DNA of 64,000 bases from Clostridia bacterium (lineage in GTDB: Bacteria; Bacillota; Clostridia; Oscillospirales; Acutalibacteraceae), in assembly GCA_017414965.1 (NCBI GenBank), contig JAFQJL010000021.1:13886-77885 (forward strand), read 5' to 3'. Positions 28,601 through 35,984 of the stretch are shown piece by piece. Every line of letters starts with the position of its first letter. Position 1 is the first letter of the stretch. Under the pieces are notes generated by a model. It was not told where the DNA came from. It worked only from the letters and a program-made list of their open reading frames with translations, and did not search any database. The position numbers and the translations under genes are program-made.

Positions 28601-29027
28601 AGTTTTCTTTATCGATGCGAACAAGCTTGCTACTATTTAGGTTGTTAGCAAATTTAACAGTAAACGGACCACCAGTGGCGATTTGACCGTTCACGTCGTC
28701 CTCTGCCGTTGCCGCTTGGGCGATCAAGGTGTTATCAATGTCCGTCCACTCTCCCTCTTTCAGATAATGGACGGGTGTTGAATAAATAACCGCGCGAGAA
28801 GTGTGATCGCTCATAAAAAAATGCTTTATATTTTCTTCGCGCCGTGAGGTGTCTTCACCTAAAACAACGGGGGCGTTTTCGGTTTCCTCAACCGCAGAGG
28901 TTGTACTTTCTGCAGGAGAGGTGTCGGCAAGAGCCGGAAGCCCTTGCAAAGGGATAAAAAATACAAGCAAAACAAAAGACATGACGAAAGCAATGATACG
29001 ACACATTCGTTTGATAGTTTGGCTCAT
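22620..29027 (-). CDS. secreted RHS/YD-repeat polymorphic toxin (2135 aa)
   Basis: N-terminal Sec signal. Dozens of YxYDxxGNL YD repeats. RHS core end RYYDPQIGRFINAD...NNPVNMSDPTGNW, followed by a 160-aa variable C-terminal domain. Confidence 0.9.
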   Translation of the reverse strand: MSQTIKRMCRIIAFVMSFVLLVFFIPLQGLPALADTSPAESTTSAVEETENAPVVLGEDTSRREENIKHFFMSDHTSRAVIYSTPVHYLKEGEWTDIDNTLIAQAATAEDDVNGQIATGGPFTVKFANNLNSSKLVRIDKENYRLSWNYVSKTKRNVTGNVKARVEGTDPVMEAVSAISSSITYDYFEENASLNYEVSPTGIKENIILHSAADTYSYTFEFKTKGVSLVAGDDGGIKAMANDTGEVVFVIPAPYMIDSAGRISTAVSYELSSAKNKAILTITADPAWVNSEETTFPVIIDPIITTEQDREEIDSAFIASDSEYASTNFSTGQSFRSVGYDSYAYGKTRTLVKFNLPALNKGDMVVGANLAMRMWHSSFVDGANMQVNAHTIGSSWSASSVTWNNQPSLADSLVNDYCFITDVSAAPEWRYFDITRSVKQWYEGSIANNGIMLKTKTETDLAVCWFGSEIYTSDEDIAAKYPVIIIDYRNNRGLEDYWTYTAAPAGTAGTMYVNDYTGNPVFVAPLFTSPSQNMPLSMNLVYNGYISNINYNIGHNHSSKSIIGTGWRLSVHQTVLSSTKFNLTGEMQEKYPYVYTDADGTDHYFVRKVENGTTTFLDEDGLGLKLTIPKTSVSYYTISDKEGNKLRFNSAGNLKQMVNANGQTIDIAFLPAGTAEETGNMTDIGEGEKIDYIVDGSGYKYTFNYSNSNNVQSITDPFGRKMYFYRNSNGTVRQISYYGGTVANFTYETTSPLSMLTVTDDADYRLGFTYTTLATGKRVSRITEYSAADSAGNRLTGQIVSFDRSKYNTTVIRVSGKDDVYGNSDDMQTICQFDNLGRLTSTMTRYMSGTSTGASSARYTDYSTESTAALKNQNRVVISSAFGRNVVNFTDNGNVESMTGWTPVITNATSTVAASSTYAYFGKKSIKINNTAIGALAGRADFRQTVTGLNAGNTYTFSAYVKTTTLTSVYSDALNGVYLSVSYDSGGIAHTVRSKCIDTVNDTAIDNGWRRLSVTFDLPSDSTSVRTAIALRNMTGTAYVDGIQLEQNTTAHPVNLIQNCSFEKETSEHLPSNWTATNITYSTYDSIVTQGITHSNQIQGTASIRMGTSVNSNKYLSQSVAVSGDPNETYILSGWMCGTPTQGTNHENCLAEIYVAVNYKKADGTTYSETKPAVKFNTAITGWQYASQVISLVSSQNASDTPTSILVRPRSRNQANFLYFDWIQLIRDNANTYTYDDEGNLISTAANAEQKSTMEYDGPDMTSATDALGYDYNYTYDAKHNLLSATSAGDVTTTFTYNTRGQATSSVVKSEDETLAFKSDVTYTGAKGNIQAGAQIASVVDADNKKTTYTYDGYARTSTITSPSGNKTTNTYVSSTNDRLSSVTVTDAANHSLGTVSYTYDGDRLDTLSYGSDTYSFEVDRFGNTLSTSVNGHLLSSNTYAANNGKLKTATYGNGDVRTYSYSWLGQIATIGNGTNTLFNYTYDSGGTLQSFTDLVAGRKFSYSYDSINRPIQTLIQSTTGTHIGMVEFGYDGRNNLTKLAVEYAGHTHSAKYLYSAISGKTATERYAADNLPTRYLYTSVRYADYSYDGLNRLTARTFSTETPLTNTYSYYRSDRNTGSQTLYQTTLLEVETINDAAYRYTYDEAGNIIEIEKGEVLANGTTGNFVDYASYEYDALGQLIRENFVSTNQTTHYTYDGYGNRLSRKVYNYTDLATENLSTLTHIHCDNYGYGSAGDAPWAKPLRSVSTEAGSTLSSPTGTITYDEIGNPVSYLGATLGWQNGRQLSSYSKGNTAVAYTYDDNGMRTSKTVNGVKSEYLYIDGQLHGEIRDGRHIHYSYDSYGNLSAIKYYYNADDDTRYVGYYVATNARGDVVGIYNPEGAMVVSYEYDAWGNLINMTDTTSVGIGTVNPIRYRGYFYDAETGLYYASSRYYDPQIGRFINADNQISGVGGSILGNNMFTYCMNNPVNMSDPTGNWPKWIETAANWVNKNIIQPVKNFFFPSSSVVVSTANNLPPTGEPGSSQTLPNPDGTPKQKRWYGPDGNAVRDRDYNHPGKDIPFPHDHEWKNGQRQKDHLPPSPDYEFSLDPVLGVGLVTICVVGIVVVAADDATGIGVADDFLFGPLGTGVGEGLILIFG

Positions 29028-29300
29028 AACACTCTCTCCTTTTTAATTATTAGTAAAAAGACAAAAAGACCTCCGGGAATGCCGGAGGTCGTGTGTAGAG
29101 GGTTCTCTATGCAGTTATCAGACGCCGCAGGGGTTTCACATCAAAACTCACGAAAACTCCGGCTACTTCCTATTTCAAATATACATTAATTGGAAATAAA
29201 TGTCAAGAGTTGTATGCTGCACCAAGTCCGAAAGTGGGACTAATAACGCCCTCACGCTCGTGATTCGGCAAACATAGTATTTATATAATATTTTTCGTTC

Positions 29301-29329
29301 TTGACATTCGCAACCGTGTGCGGTATAAT
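29301..29329 (+). promoter_or_regulatory. consensus sigma-A promoter
   Basis: TTGACA (29301-29306), 17-nt spacer, TATAAT (29324-29329). Confidence 0.7.
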
Positions 29330-29334
29330 ACCGT

Positions 29335-29655
29335 TAGTGATATAGTGAATACAAATCCCAAGCATCAACCGCCGAACAGAATAGTCTGACGGAGACCGGA
29401 ACGGGGATGCGCTATAAAGGGCATAAGTGGAAGCCGTTTTGATTGCACGGAGTAGTTTTCTTCTCTTTGTCTTGCCGGACGGATGGAGCCGGCCTTTGCT
29501 GTTAACGTGACAGGACGCTTTTTGTAGAAGAAAACAGCAATCACCAGGATCGGATGCAGATTGGTCTTTCCAGCCATTCTGTTAAGTACAAACATTAAGA
29601 CGTACTTTACCGCCTTTCTTAATTGAAAGGGGTAAGTGCGTCTTTTTTATTTTTT
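29335..29655 (+). promoter_or_regulatory. long (about 320 nt) untranslated leader ending in a terminator-like hairpin just upstream of the RBS of 29671
   Basis: No credible ORF. Internal hairpins (e.g. GCCGG-N10-CCGGC). Imperfect long hairpin at 29597-29642 plus TTTTTTATTTTTT. Confidence 0.4.
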
Positions 29656-29670
29656 CAAGAGGTAGCGTAA

Positions 29671-30135
29671 ATGTATAAAAACAAAGAAGCAGCATATCAG
29701 AAAATGCTCCAAGCCTATTCGGAGTACAAAGTGCAATATGAACAGTGGGCGCAGCAACGGAAATCATTTCAACAAAGATACCTTGAACGTAGATATTGGT
29801 ATCAAGGTTCGAATGTAGCGAAAAAACGAACAATGGCAGGAAGGTTGTTATTAGATTTCCCCCACGTTTCCTATCCAGAAGCGTGCGAACAAATTGGCGG
29901 CAAGAAAGAACTAATTTGGCAGCTTGGGTTATGGAGCACGCCTCATGACACTTATTGGATTGAGAGCGTGGAAAAATGGCGCATTTACGACCGTCTGCGC
30001 CACTTCCCGAATGAAATCTATGATGCGATCAAAGAAACTTATAAGTGGTCTAAAAAGCTGTGCATCCGCACAACTTTAATTGAACAATATATTCCCGAAA
30101 TCATTGAGGATATCGGCCGCGGACTTATTTTTTAA
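29671..30135 (+). CDS. hypothetical protein
   Basis: 154-aa ORF with RBS; no motif recognised. Confidence 0.5.
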   Translation: MYKNKEAAYQKMLQAYSEYKVQYEQWAQQRKSFQQRYLERRYWYQGSNVAKKRTMAGRLLLDFPHVSYPEACEQIGGKKELIWQLGLWSTPHDTYWIESVEKWRIYDRLRHFPNEIYDAIKETYKWSKKLCIRTTLIEQYIPEIIEDIGRGLIF

Positions 30136-30147
30136 AGGAGAACTAAT

Positions 30148-30435
30148 ATGATTATCTGTTCTGCCGTTAAGGTTGTGTTTTATCGTTTGCCTGAGCCCGT
30201 CGAAGCTGTTATTCCCGGACTTCGCCACAGCGATTGTTGGAATTTGATGTCCACCTTGGGTGTGTCCGCTGTGCAACAAGAGTCGACGGAAGGATTTGTT
30301 GATCACATCGGCGCTTTTCTGGACCGTGCGGATGCGTTGGCACACGCAATGTCGTGTGGTCAACTATCGGACACTACCCGAACGCAGAAATTCGAGAAAC
30401 AGGAGCGCGTGCTATACAGCGAGGATCTATATTAA
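30148..30435 (+). CDS. hypothetical protein (phage-like small protein)
   Basis: 95-aa ORF closely spaced after the preceding gene. Confidence 0.45.
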   Translation: MIICSAVKVVFYRLPEPVEAVIPGLRHSDCWNLMSTLGVSAVQQESTEGFVDHIGAFLDRADALAHAMSCGQLSDTTRTQKFEKQERVLYSEDLY

Positions 30436-30471
30436 TCCTCTCAAGGTCGATAGGTAAAAGGAGGCGTAAAC

Positions 30472-30741
30472 ATGGAATTTCATATTCCGGCAATTTATGA
30501 GCTGGATAAATATATGCAGAGACAAGAATTAACCGATGCTGGATTTGTGTATTATGAATTACGCAAGGGCGATATCACTCGGTTTTGGGATGATCCATAT
30601 AACGCCGATATTGCAGCATATACGTTGGCTTTAGTTGATCAAATATCAGACCGTTTGGGAATTGCTCGTGCGGAGAAGTACGCCGCCTTTCGTGCAAGTG
30701 CCCGATATGCGGCGGCCGTGGCGTTTTTGGAGAAAAAATAA
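30472..30741 (+). CDS. hypothetical protein
   Basis: 89-aa ORF with an AAAGGAGG RBS. Confidence 0.5.
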   Translation: MEFHIPAIYELDKYMQRQELTDAGFVYYELRKGDITRFWDDPYNADIAAYTLALVDQISDRLGIARAEKYAAFRASARYAAAVAFLEKK

Positions 30742-30809
30742 GGATGAATTTTTTAACAGTGGCGGCAGATCGCTGGGTAAAGGAGCACGATACAAGGAGT
30801 TGATTTGAA

Positions 30810-31496
30810 ATGATTTATATTACCGGTGATATTCACGGTAATCCTACGCGAATCGTTCGGTTCTGCGAAGAAATGCAGCTTACCGACAAAGATATCGTTG
30901 TCCTTTTGGGGGATGTTGGTGCCAACTATTACGGCGGCAAGAAAGATCGATTCGTAAAGCGTGTTCTTTCGTCTTTGCCGGTTACCTTTTTGTGTGTCCA
31001 CGGAAACCACGAGATTCGCCCACAAAACATCCCCACGTACAAAACAACCCTCTGGAACGACGGTTGCGTGTTTGTAGAGGACGACTACCCCAATATCCTC
31101 TTTGCCGAAGACGGAGAAATTTATAATCTTGATGGCAAAAAAGCACTCGCCATTGGTGGCGCCTACAGCGTAGACAAGTTCTACCGTTTGCAAAGGGGTT
31201 TTGGATGGTGGGCGGACGAGCAACCGTCCGATATCATTAAACAAAAAGTAGAAAGCGTTATGGAGGACAATAAACATATTGACCTTATCCTGTCCCACAC
31301 CTGTCCCAAAAAGTATGTTCCCACCGAAATGTTCCTTCCGATGATTGACCAAAGCACGGTTGATCACTCCACCGAGGAGTGGCTGGATACTATTGAAGAG
31401 AAGGTGCTTTATAGCGCGTGGTACTGTGGTCATTGGCACACAGACAAGCGTATTGATCGACTTCACTTTCTGTTCAAAACATTCGAAACATTATAA
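30810..31496 (+). CDS. metallophosphoesterase (calcineurin-like)
   Basis: GDIHG, GDxxxxxY and VHGNHE motifs. Confidence 0.75.
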   Translation: MIYITGDIHGNPTRIVRFCEEMQLTDKDIVVLLGDVGANYYGGKKDRFVKRVLSSLPVTFLCVHGNHEIRPQNIPTYKTTLWNDGCVFVEDDYPNILFAEDGEIYNLDGKKALAIGGAYSVDKFYRLQRGFGWWADEQPSDIIKQKVESVMEDNKHIDLILSHTCPKKYVPTEMFLPMIDQSTVDHSTEEWLDTIEEKVLYSAWYCGHWHTDKRIDRLHFLFKTFETL

Positions 31497-31530
31497 CTAC
31501 CGAACATCAAAAAAGTATGGAGGTGTCACT

Positions 31531-32115
31531 ATGCATCCGCAAGTCAAACAAGCGCGCAAAGCCGTTTATAAGGGTTGGTGGCCTTTGTTGGATAAGTATA
31601 TCCCTATGATGCTGGAATTGGACCCCGATTGCGAGATTATGTGCAAAGAAAAGTTCGGGTTGTTGCGGTTGCGGCCGTACAACATCCGTAACGGACGGTC
31701 TTGGATGGATTTCAACAACATCCAAGAGGAAGCAGAAAAAGAATCAGCGACAATCTGTGAGGTTTGCGGAGCGCCCGGGCGCTTGCGTATGGACGGTTGC
31801 TGGCGTTCGACTCTGTGTGACCACTGCGCCGTTATGGACCGGACGGAAAGAATCCGGATGGCAGACTCCGACTCGGTGCAGGAGCTTGAAACGCTGGTGA
31901 GTGATATATTGTGTTTAAGAAAGGGATATCCAATGAAAAAACAGGAGTTTAACAGTCGCATCCAGCCGTTGTGCCGTAAACACAAAGAGATGTTTGGTTA
32001 TATCCCTGACATTCATAATTACGTTTGTACGCCCGAGGAGTTTGTTGTGGCGCTGGCTCGTTCGGTGATAGAACAACGAGAAATAGGCGTTTTTTTAAAG
32101 GAGGGCAGCAAATGA
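31531..32115 (+). CDS. hypothetical protein with CxxC...CxxC zinc-ribbon
   Basis: Start at ATG 31531 after a GGAGG RBS. KEKFGLLRL motif common in phage/plasmid accessory proteins. CEVCG...CDHC. Confidence 0.5.
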   Translation: MHPQVKQARKAVYKGWWPLLDKYIPMMLELDPDCEIMCKEKFGLLRLRPYNIRNGRSWMDFNNIQEEAEKESATICEVCGAPGRLRMDGCWRSTLCDHCAVMDRTERIRMADSDSVQELETLVSDILCLRKGYPMKKQEFNSRIQPLCRKHKEMFGYIPDIHNYVCTPEEFVVALARSVIEQREIGVFLKEGSK

Positions 32116-32411
32116 ATCGGATGGAGTTTGTTTTTAACAATGAAAAAGCCCGTGCGTTAGGATACACCGCGGTCTCCTGCTATGACGCGGTAGACCGCCT
32201 TTTTTCACGGCACGGCATTTATCCAACCTCGCAAGGTGTATATGAGGGACCAGACGATCAAAATACATTTAATGCCTTTGGCGCAGCGCAACGATTACCC
32301 GATGATACGGATTGGTTTCTCAAAACAATCGAAACATGGCGGTCCTTTGAAGAAGGCGAATGGGGCGATTGCCTGGCCGTTCATTATTATTACGAAAAGC
32401 TTAATAGCTAA
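32112..32411 (+). CDS. hypothetical protein
   Basis: 99-aa ORF whose ATG overlaps the upstream stop. Confidence 0.45.
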   Translation: MNRMEFVFNNEKARALGYTAVSCYDAVDRLFSRHGIYPTSQGVYEGPDDQNTFNAFGAAQRLPDDTDWFLKTIETWRSFEEGEWGDCLAVHYYYEKLNS

Positions 32412-32447
32412 AAGGCTGTAAACAAACCCCGGTGGAGGAATCTGTAA

Positions 32448-33155
32448 ATGGTTTATGTTATGTCGGACATCCACGGTTGCGGTTCGAGGTTTGAAAATGT
32501 TCTGCAAAAGATTAATCTACAATCGGAGGATGCCTTATATATTCTGGGTGATGTGATTGACCGCGGCCCCGACGGTATTCGGGTGCTGCGCCGTATTATG
32601 AATACACCAAATATGAAGATGCTCTTGGGCAACCACGAATATATGATGTTGGAGTCCTTGTATTATCCTTCTCTTGAGAAAAACAAACACATTTCAAAGG
32701 ATTGGATTCAAAAAACCAAAGTGGACGTGTGGTATCGAAACGGTGGTCGTGTTACGCATGATTATCTGAAACACATTCAAAAATCTGTTCGGCAAGAGGT
32801 ATTTGAGTATGTGGCCGATTTGCCGTTAAACATTCCTATTGAAGTCAACAGCCAAAAATATCTACTTGTCCACGCGGCTGTGGTTGATAATTTTGAGAAA
32901 TATGGCTATGAATATGCCGATCGTACTGAGTATGCGGTTTTTTCAAGGGATGTTTATCGTGAACCGGTTCCGGAGGATACGGTAGTTGTTTTTGGTCATA
33001 CCCCAACAATGTATTTTGAGTATGATAATCCTTTGCAGATTTGGAAGACCGAGAATCGAATTGGTATTGACTGCGGTTGCGCCATCAAACAGTCATTTAG
33101 CCGTCTTGGATGTCTGCGGTTGGATGATCTGCAAGAGTTCTATTCCGACGATTAA
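32448..33155 (+). CDS. metallophosphoesterase (lambda-phosphatase/ApaH-like)
   Basis: SDIHGC, LGDVIDRGPDG and GNHE motifs. Confidence 0.8.
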   Translation: MVYVMSDIHGCGSRFENVLQKINLQSEDALYILGDVIDRGPDGIRVLRRIMNTPNMKMLLGNHEYMMLESLYYPSLEKNKHISKDWIQKTKVDVWYRNGGRVTHDYLKHIQKSVRQEVFEYVADLPLNIPIEVNSQKYLLVHAAVVDNFEKYGYEYADRTEYAVFSRDVYREPVPEDTVVVFGHTPTMYFEYDNPLQIWKTENRIGIDCGCAIKQSFSRLGCLRLDDLQEFYSDD

Positions 33156-33423
33156 TCCATAATGCTGCGTCGATTTTCGCCCTGACGCCATAAAAGGCGA
33201 AGCTGCTACGACCGCGTATAGGCAGCATAAACAAGCGGAGGTGCCCTGTTACCTCAAGTGCAGATGATAATGAAAAAGCGGTCGTCCGACAACCGGACAA
33301 CCGCAAAAACCCACGAATTTCTATCACAGAAGAGATTAATAAGCGCAAAAAGAAACGCGCCCCCTTATAAGGAGCGCGTCTTCGCAAGAACAGTGATATT
33401 AAATTACCACAAACACAAGCTTT

Positions 33424-34527
33424 TTAAATTGCATTCGGTAGATTTGGCTGAGGCAAATTGTTAATACATTGCCGTTTGAATTCCAGCGAGGGGTGCAGAT
33501 AGATGTCGGATGTGATTCGCGTACTGGAGTGCCCTAGAAGTTCAGATAAAGATTTAAGTTCAACGTTGTTTTCCGCACAACGGGTGGCAAACGTATGGCG
33601 CAAACCATGAAACGAAACGTCTGTTACGCCGATGGCGGCGAGATACTTCTTAGCGCGATAATGCATCACTCGCGGCTCAACGATGCTCTGTGTTGGAGTG
33701 CTGAGGAAATAGCAATGCTCCTCTCGCCGAAAACGCTCAACTGACCCTTGTAGAAAATCCGGAATGGGCACGATGCGAGTGGAGGTATTTGTTTTGGGAG
33801 GGCCGATATATATTTCTGTGCCGACTCCATTAGCTTTTTTCAAGCGTTGCATGGTTTTTGAGACATAGATGCACCCATTTGATATATCGCCCCAAGTGAG
33901 CGCACAGATCTCGCCAATTCGCAGACCGCTATATAGAGTTAACAGAACACCTAATTTGGATATATCCATATCTTCTACCAAGTATGCCAACAATCGTTGT
34001 TGCTCCTCGGCGGTAAGGGCCCGGCGGCGCTTTTTTGATTCCGGCAAATACGATATTTCCGGAACTGGAAGCCGATACTGCCGGTATCCGTATTGAAAAC
34101 AAGTGTGGAGAAATACCAAAATGGTATTTACAGTTTGAGGGGACAACCCGCCACTCAAGCGGTCGAGAGAAAATTCGTGAATTTTAAGCGGTGTGAGGAA
34201 AAGAATTGGCAGATCTCCGATATGCGGTTCAATATGATTCCGAAAGAAGCCGTCGTATTTTTGATAAGAAGATCGTCTTAGTCGTGAAGTATTGATATGA
34301 AGCCATTCGCTTGCCAACATGGATACTGTAATTTTTCTGGAGCAGAGTTCCCGTTGGTATAAACGAATTTGATCTTCTTTTTCTTGGCGCTTCTCTTTTG
34401 CCTCTTTACAGGTGTGGGCATATACAGAGCCATATTGTTTTCTGCCGGCTTGATCGTATCCTCTTACATAGCGTGCTTCCCACAATCCATTCTTGCGATG
34501 GTAAACTCCGGTTCCTTTTTTAGGCAT
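33424..34527 (-). CDS. tyrosine-type site-specific recombinase/integrase
   Basis: C-terminal catalytic HGLRHTFAT...LLGHSSTRITSDIYLH. N-terminal arm-binding-like domain. Own terminator at about 33345-33385. Confidence 0.9.
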   Translation of the reverse strand: MPKKGTGVYHRKNGLWEARYVRGYDQAGRKQYGSVYAHTCKEAKEKRQEKEDQIRLYQRELCSRKITVSMLASEWLHINTSRLRRSSYQKYDGFFRNHIEPHIGDLPILFLTPLKIHEFSLDRLSGGLSPQTVNTILVFLHTCFQYGYRQYRLPVPEISYLPESKKRRRALTAEEQQRLLAYLVEDMDISKLGVLLTLYSGLRIGEICALTWGDISNGCIYVSKTMQRLKKANGVGTEIYIGPPKTNTSTRIVPIPDFLQGSVERFRREEHCYFLSTPTQSIVEPRVMHYRAKKYLAAIGVTDVSFHGLRHTFATRCAENNVELKSLSELLGHSSTRITSDIYLHPSLEFKRQCINNLPQPNLPNAI

Positions 34528-34741
34528 CTTAAATCATCCTTTCTGTTGTTTACCACGTCCGGTACCACATTTATTTACCTAAAAGCACAATCACCTCGTT
34601 TCTGTAGTCTATTTTCCGAAAAATTATTGAATTTTTTGGAAAAATGTGTCATACTGGAAGCGGTATAAGATGATTGTAACAGTATTTTATGCGTTATAGA
34701 GTAATCTCATCCACGAAAATTTATTTTGGGAGGAAAAATTG

Positions 34742-35734
34742 ATGGCAAAGTTTTGTACGAAATGCGGGAACCCCGTAGAAGACGGACAGGTGTGCTTGTG
34801 CACAGAAACGCCGCCTATGCAAGGGGTTAAAGACCGTCTGTCCGATATTCTGGGAAAGGTGGCAAATCTCATCGGCTTGGATCTGGGCAGCAACCACGTT
34901 CTGAATCCGTATGAACGCGGCCAACAGATCGTACCGGACAACATCCGTGCCGATGAGGGCGAACAGCCCATCAAGCAATATAACTTAGCACTGTTGCGGT
35001 CTCGCATCCTCTTTAAGCGTGCGGAAGGCCGTCTGCAGGTCACCAACAAACGACTGATCTTCCGCGCGACCGGGATTTCCCTCACCGGCAACACCGTCTT
35101 GCAACACGAGTTTGCTATTCCGGAGATTGCCGGCGTGGAAATCCGCAAATCCAACCGATTCAGCTTCTTGAGCTTGTTTGCGGCCGTTATCGGATCTTTG
35201 ATCGTATGCGGCGCGGCCAACAGCATTTTTTCCTCAATCCTGACAACTTCGGCTTTTTCCTCGCTGGTTGCCTACCTGATCGCTTTTGTAAGCGGCGCGT
35301 CCTTTTTCCTCTTCAAGAAGAAGTTTTGGCTGAAATTGCTCCTGTTATCCATCGGAATGAGCGTGATGCCGGTCTTGACCAACTCGATCACGCTTTCTGC
35401 AGTGATGCTGGGTGGTGAGCATATTGTAAAAAGTCTGCTGACCTTCCCAAACCTTGTAGCTTCGTTACTGGATATTCTGTGGATCTTAGGCGTGATTTTG
35501 GTGTGTATGGTGCCGGACTTAAAAGTGTGCATTAAAACGAAATCGGCCGGCGATGCTATCCAAATCCGCAGAAAAATCTGGGGCTTCGGATTGAAACAGC
35601 ACGACGAGTTCAGTGGATTCTCAGAAGTGCTCCCCGCCGCCGATACCGACTGCGCCGCCAAAGAACTTGGTGCGATGATTGACGATTTGCAAACACTTGG
35701 CGATATGGCGATTGAGAAATGGAAGGAGAATTAA
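34742..35734 (+). CDS. zinc-ribbon / bacterial PH(GRAM)-like / multi-pass membrane protein
   Basis: CTKCG...CLC ribbon. EGRLQVTNKRLIFRATG PH/GRAM-like strand pattern. About 4 hydrophobic helices and a soluble C-terminal tail. Confidence 0.6.
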   Translation: MAKFCTKCGNPVEDGQVCLCTETPPMQGVKDRLSDILGKVANLIGLDLGSNHVLNPYERGQQIVPDNIRADEGEQPIKQYNLALLRSRILFKRAEGRLQVTNKRLIFRATGISLTGNTVLQHEFAIPEIAGVEIRKSNRFSFLSLFAAVIGSLIVCGAANSIFSSILTTSAFSSLVAYLIAFVSGASFFLFKKKFWLKLLLLSIGMSVMPVLTNSITLSAVMLGGEHIVKSLLTFPNLVASLLDILWILGVILVCMVPDLKVCIKTKSAGDAIQIRRKIWGFGLKQHDEFSGFSEVLPAADTDCAAKELGAMIDDLQTLGDMAIEKWKEN

Positions 35735-35736
35735 TT

Positions 35737-35982
35737 GTGATTATAAAATTCGCATCAGATCTCATTAAAATAACCTTTGAGAAAAACGAGCCCTTTGAGG
35801 ATCGTTCCTTGGTTGTTTATGGTGAAGTAATAACCTGCGGATTTGCGGCTATTGTTCCCACAATGAGTTGGTTGTCTCCCTATAAAAAAGATGTTTCTAA
35901 CAACGAATTGCCCTTAATTCGCGATTTAATTCAAAATTATAATAAAGAAAGCAAGTTTTTTATTGACTTGGTTGAGGGTTAA
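35737..35982 (+). CDS. small 81-aa protein (candidate immunity/antitoxin for the adjacent NADase-like protein)
   Basis: GTG start 8 nt after a GGAAGGAG RBS, 2 nt after the upstream stop. Its stop lies 2 nt before the next ATG. Confidence 0.45.
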   Translation: MIIKFASDLIKITFEKNEPFEDRSLVVYGEVITCGFAAIVPTMSWLSPYKKDVSNNELPLIRDLIQNYNKESKFFIDLVEG

Positions 35983-35984
35983 CC

